This document shows, in pieces, positions 7,601 through 10,581 of a stretch of DNA of 10,581 bases. Source of the stretch: Myxococcales bacterium (GTDB lineage Bacteria > Myxococcota_A > UBA9042 > JABWCM01 > BTVJ01). The position numbers were made by a program, and so were the translations under genes. The stretch is from positions 1 through 10,581 of the forward strand of contig BTVJ01000147.1 of assembly GCA_045863395.1 (NCBI GenBank). Direction: 5' to 3'. How positions within the stretch are numbered: position 1 is the stretch's first letter; every line of letters starts with the position of its first letter. A model generated the notes under the pieces. That model did no database searches, was not told the origin of the DNA, and worked only from the letters and a program-made list of their open reading frames with translations.

Positions 7601-8817
7601 AAGCCCGTGACCTCCGTGTGCTCCACGCCGAAGGGGGCCGCGCCCGCCAGCACGTTGTTCGACTCGTCGCTCTCTACCACGACCTCCGTGGCGTCCGCCT
7701 TGGCGATGAGCCAGTAGACCCCGTCGCCCACGCTCGTCGGGATCTGCCACCCTCGCTGCACCACCACCTTTGCGCCGGGCGCGATGGAGAAGATGCTGGA
7801 GTTGCCGTCATCGGTGATCTGGAGGTCGCCGTCGTCCAGCGTGGTGTCCGCGCTCAGGAACACACGGAACTTGAAGCTGTCGGCGGGCGCCGTGCCGAAG
7901 TTCTGTACGGTCAGCGAGTAGTTGACGTACTGGCCTTGCGCGAACGGTCCGGCTGGGTAGGTCAGCGTCGTCACCGCCACGTCGGGGCGCTCCTGGGCGT
8001 CCTTGGCCACCGTGATGAAGCTGGTCGACAGCGCCGTGTTGTTCAGCTCGTTGATCTCTTTGACCTCGTCCTTGGCGTCGATGCGCACCAGCAGGAAGTA
8101 GAGCCCCTCCTTGAGGTCCGCAGGCAGGGGGAGGGACACGTCGAGCCGCGCCAGGGTGCCCGTCTCGGAGTTGGCGCGGCCCATGCCGTCGAGGCGCAGC
8201 GTCTCCAGGACCAGGTCCTTGTCCAGGTCGAACTTCTCGTCCTTGGACAGCACCGTCACCAGGTCGAAGGGCGCGAGGATCTCGCCGCCGTCGTTGCTGG
8301 CGATGTAGCCGATGCGCAGGATCTCGCCCGGAGGGAGCTCCGTCGGCGAGAGCACCTGGGGCTTGGTCACCCTGAGGTCCGCCGCTCCCCGCACGGTGAT
8401 GACCACCTGGTCGCTGACGGTGTGGGGGGTGCCCGCCCAGGTGACCGAGAAGCGCACGAGGTAGGTGCCCTCCGTGTGGTACACGAAGAGGCCCGGGTCC
8501 TGCTTCTGGCTGAAGGAGCCGTTGCCGAAGTCCCAGAGGAGCTCCGCCTCCTCCGCGGGGATCCCCTCGAAGGTCCCGCTGAGCGTCACGGCGAGCGGCG
8601 CGTTGCCGTCAATGATGTCGGCGGTCAGCGTCGCCTTGAAGCCCGCGGGCTTGGGGGGCGGCCCGGTGTCCTCGGGACCCGCGTCCTCCACGGAGACGTC
8701 CGGGCTGCCCACGTCCGCTGAGGGCCCGGCGTCTGCCGTCGTCGAGGAGTCACCAGAGGCGCACCCGGCGGACAGGGCGAGGGCGGCGAGCAGGGAGAGG
8801 AAGCGGCGAGACGTCAT
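4636..8817 (-). CDS. Large predicted lipoprotein (1393 aa): PKD, 4x CARDB, PPC, CARDB, 2x PPC, CARDB, PPC
   Basis: Start re-assigned to ATG 8817 (GGAG 8 nt upstream; signal peptide MTSRRFLSLLAALALSAG|C). PKD signature GNAPLAVT...WDFGNG...YHTEGTYLV. Six D(L/V/I)...D...E-x-x-E-x-NN CARDB-like units, the fourth ending DPNKQNN. Four C-x2-D-x2-EPN...C...DW(F/Y/L) PPC-like units. Confidence 0.9.
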   Translation of the reverse strand: MTSRRFLSLLAALALSAGCASGDSSTTADAGPSADVGSPDVSVEDAGPEDTGPPPKPAGFKATLTADIIDGNAPLAVTLSGTFEGIPAEEAELLWDFGNGSFSQKQDPGLFVYHTEGTYLVRFSVTWAGTPHTVSDQVVITVRGAADLRVTKPQVLSPTELPPGEILRIGYIASNDGGEILAPFDLVTVLSKDEKFDLDKDLVLETLRLDGMGRANSETGTLARLDVSLPLPADLKEGLYFLLVRIDAKDEVKEINELNNTALSTSFITVAKDAQERPDVAVTTLTYPAGPFAQGQYVNYSLTVQNFGTAPADSFKFRVFLSADTTLDDGDLQITDDGNSSIFSIAPGAKVVVQRGWQIPTSVGDGVYWLIAKADATEVVVESDESNNVLAGAAPFGVEHTEVTGFDLDILAASVTPHATYWNGSVKVDLEVANAGNAPSEAWTVAIYASKSVALNPNYATLISKVPLVKQQIIPAGGSVTISEVVKLPGTIGLGTYYIGAIVDPDNALDELDEGNNWAVIPDPVELFDKASADIAVSGVAASPLVVTAGEHLKVSYLLGNTGSTGSGAMTNLVVLSKDPVITLADVKAKKDVAIAAIPIANVDPGDAVEQNDKVVVPLALDHTVSTWWLGVVADANNDVSIDPNKQNNVGIFTQPLTVLGPQGGCFEDALEPNDNASQAKPLGPGLHGPLGSCGNEDWFAVTVAKGHSLFVTVDAEEPLWIDPRPWELGVTLHDLSGKTIDESVAKGVHDEVRAYVVPEDTTLRVRVRAATFGNEAHYTIGVKVVPPVKGIDLVADDVVALPELLYPGGALDVAWRIVNLGDEASGPFTVHAVLVPTVGTPVGDGVLLGSVPVANVGAATSMDGGMQVLLPSVTAGAWHVLVVADAESDVKEVDETNNAAPSGAITVDAKLSCASDAFEPNDAPGIAATLAAKSDFLSGLTVCPKLDDWYAVDLPKGKAFGITVKYAFEAAKGELGVEVSDPTGAVILQQLAGKGTAAVLLPYVFNPGVYKIRVFNVAANGSPYTYSMGVSFGSPSSGDICKPDVFEPNGAPGAAAPVGCGLHELTLCKTDKDWLAVPVKAEDEITVTLDHPKGELEALLYTDPAGKAVATVSGNGAMKYTPTVNGALSLLVRPKAKDGNVTVYGYTLFVDGIDGTDLRVGALAAFPDQLVQGEDTVVEMRLENQCKTAAQTLDWSLYVSTDDQWDPFDLEVLAGSEGGLAGKHAVDLVEKASVPAGTPPGTAWLIAVADPNDAVAESIESNNSRSLPVQVLAVCVEDPLEPNATPAQAPKIQANQPYPGLALCPGDLDWYKVDLVAGKVVTVAIQFQDAAGDLDLRLYGPFDQTKPVASSNNPGQDGETIKYLVKSTGTHWIRVNGFNGASNVYSLKVTAP

Positions 8818-8981
8818 GGGGGCGGCTCCAGGGTGCTGGGTCTCCGGCAGTCTAGCGGCCGCGCGCGCACAGGGCAACGCGGCTCGTCGCGACGCCCTCC
8901 CCTGCGGCACCCGTCGTCCAGATGTGGTGCACGGGTACTCCCGTTCCGCCCGCGCGGGCGCCTTCCTTGCGCGTCTGGGCG

Positions 8982-8997
8982 CGGCACGCAACTTGAA
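8982..8997 (+). promoter_or_regulatory. Putative sigma54 (-24/-12) promoter for the Cys-rich gene
   Basis: CGGCACGCAACTTGAA versus consensus TGGCACG-N4-TTGC(A/T). GG 8983-8984 and GA 8995-8996 are at canonical spacing, 45 bp before the ATG. The -12 C is replaced by A. Confidence 0.5.
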
Positions 8998-9041
8998 CTC
9001 GTCCCCGCCCAGGGGTGGGGTCACTTCACGAGGAGGTCACG

Positions 9042-10490
9042 ATGAGCCGGATTCCGATAGGTGTGGGACTGGTCGCGCTCCTGGGCGCGGCTGCGTGCCA
9101 GGTCCAGAGTGAGGGAGACGCCTGCGGCGAGTTTCTGCAGGGGTGCCAGAAGGGGCTCGTGTGCAACGACGCCTATGACCCTCCGCGGTGCCAGCCCCCA
9201 GGGAAGGCGGGCGAGCTCTGCCAGAACGAAGATGACTGCGAGGTGGGGCTTCGCTGCCGTGACGCCGCGTGCGTGGAGGCCACCAAGGAGGGCGAGGCCT
9301 GCGCGACCGACGCCGAGTGCGCGGCCGGCCTGAGCTGCAACGCGGCGCTCGTCCCTCCGGTGTGTGCGGCGCCCGGTCCCGAGGGGGCGCCTTGTGACGG
9401 TGACGTCGCTTGCCAGAGCGGGCTCGCCTGCAACGCGGCCCTCGACCCCGTCGTCTGTGCGGCGCCCGGGCCGGAGGGCACACCCTGCACCGCGGACGTC
9501 GCCTGCCAGGAGGGGCTCACCTGCAACACGGCGCTCAGCGACCCAGTGTGCGCCCCACCGTCGGAGGCCGGCGCGCCCTGCGCCAGCGAGAGCAACTGCC
9601 GCGAGGAGCTCACCTGCAACACGGCGCTCATCCCGGCGGTCTGCGCTGAGCCCGGCCCCGAGGGGACGGCGTGCACGGCGCCGGAACACTGCGCGGAGGG
9701 GCTCCTCTGCAACCAGGGGTACGTGCCCGGCTTGTCCGCCGCCGGAGAGTGCCGGCCGCCGCAGCCCGCGGGGAAGCCGTGCATGCCGCTGCTCAAGGAC
9801 CACTGCCAGGCGGGCCTGATCTGCGTCCCGGTGGCGCCGGGCGGGCTGAAGGCCGACGGCCTGTGCCGCGCGCCGGGGAGCGGCGCCGCCGGGGACCCCT
9901 GTCTCGGCGACTCGGTCTGCGGCGAAGGCCTGGTCTGCTGGTTCACGCTGGAGGCGTCCCAGTGCCTGGACGCGTCTTCGCTCTCCGTCTCGCAGGCGGG
10001 CGGCCCCTGCGGCACCCCGGGGGTCGTGTGCGGCGAGGGGCTCACCTGCAACGAGGCCTACGACCCGCCGCAGTGCATCGCGGTCTCCGGCGGGGCGAGC
10101 GGCGACCCGTGCGCCCACGCCATCGACTGTGGCCAGGGGCTCCTCTGCAACACGGGCCTGGCGACACCTGCCTGCGTCGAGGAGAACTCCATGGGCGCCG
10201 GAGAGCCCTGTCAGGGGCCGCTGTTCACCGGCGACGCCTTCTGCATGAACGGCCTGACGTGCAATGACAGCCCCGAGCTCCCCGTGTGCGCGGCGCCCGG
10301 GTCCGTGGCGCGAGGTGCGCGCTGCTCCAAGGACGTGCAGTGCGACGAAGGCCTCCTCTGCGCCGGGAGCCCGGGGATGTGCATCCTCCCGGCGTCGGCG
10401 GGCGAGCAGTGCTCGGGGCTCAAGCCGTGCCAGAAGGGCCTGATCTGCAAGAATGTCTCGGCGGGGCTGGGGACCTGCGCCGCACCGTGA
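9042..10490 (+). CDS. Cysteine-rich repeat lipoprotein (482 aa, 14 four-Cys modules)
   Basis: AGGAGG (9031-9036) before ATG 9042. Signal MSRIPIGVGLVALLGAAA|C with lipobox. The rest is 14 copies of G-x-x-C-x5/10-C-x2-GL-x-C-xn-C (one copy has EL for GL). Confidence 0.9.
   Translation: MSRIPIGVGLVALLGAAACQVQSEGDACGEFLQGCQKGLVCNDAYDPPRCQPPGKAGELCQNEDDCEVGLRCRDAACVEATKEGEACATDAECAAGLSCNAALVPPVCAAPGPEGAPCDGDVACQSGLACNAALDPVVCAAPGPEGTPCTADVACQEGLTCNTALSDPVCAPPSEAGAPCASESNCREELTCNTALIPAVCAEPGPEGTACTAPEHCAEGLLCNQGYVPGLSAAGECRPPQPAGKPCMPLLKDHCQAGLICVPVAPGGLKADGLCRAPGSGAAGDPCLGDSVCGEGLVCWFTLEASQCLDASSLSVSQAGGPCGTPGVVCGEGLTCNEAYDPPQCIAVSGGASGDPCAHAIDCGQGLLCNTGLATPACVEENSMGAGEPCQGPLFTGDAFCMNGLTCNDSPELPVCAAPGSVARGARCSKDVQCDEGLLCAGSPGMCILPASAGEQCSGLKPCQKGLICKNVSAGLGTCAAP
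9288..9714 (+). repeat. Intragenic 93-bp (31-aa) degenerate tandem repeat, ~4.6 units
   Basis: Units start at 9288, 9381, 9474, 9567 and 9660, e.g. EGAPCDGDVACQSGLACNAALDPVVCAAPGP and EGTPCTADVACQEGLTCNTALSDPVCAPPSE. Confidence 0.85.
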
Positions 10491-10570
10491 TGGTTGGGGG
10501 TCAAGCCTGCTCAAATCTCAAATTCAGGCGTGCCAGCATATGAGAATTGAGCAGGCATGACCCCCCACCA
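10491..10570. repeat. 80-bp imperfect palindrome (REP-like or miniature element; possible RNA hairpin)
   Basis: TGGTTGGGGGTCAAGCCTGCTCAAATCTCA (10491-10520) matches the reverse complement of 10541-10570 at 27/30, and 33/40 over the full halves. It starts immediately after the stop codon. Confidence 0.85.
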
Positions 10571-10581
10571 AAGCCGCAAGC

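Noticed and set aside
4702..8721. 1339-aa + strand ORF (also 9021-10514 and 9173-10051 on the minus strand)
   Set aside because: Antisense shadows of strongly GC3-biased genes, which lack stops on the opposite strand.
8818..9024. 69-aa N-terminal extension of the large ORF
   Set aside because: Arg/Ala-rich junk. The signal peptide and SD point to ATG 8817.

Overview
GC-rich bacterial window, probably Myxococcota or a similar lineage (inferred from protein style), in two parts. Left (~1-4633) is an accessory, defence-like block. It holds an intact RHH antitoxin + PemK/MazF toxin operon with a sigma70-like promoter (minus strand) and ~1.1 kb of non-coding DNA with IS21-like terminal repeats, including a 322-bp TG...CA mini-element. 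It ends in a BsuBI/PstI-family type II restriction-modification operon in which both genes carry a single-base frameshift. Right (4636-10570) has two divergently transcribed predicted lipoproteins: a 1393-aa PKD/CARDB/PPC-like mosaic with no recognisable catalytic domain, and a 482-aa protein built from 14 four-cysteine modules behind a sigma54-like promoter. An 80-bp imperfect palindrome follows. All family assignments are by motif recognition, not database search. I see no proven novel system; the best leads are the lipoprotein pair, the doubly frameshifted R-M operon and the IS21-like mini-element.
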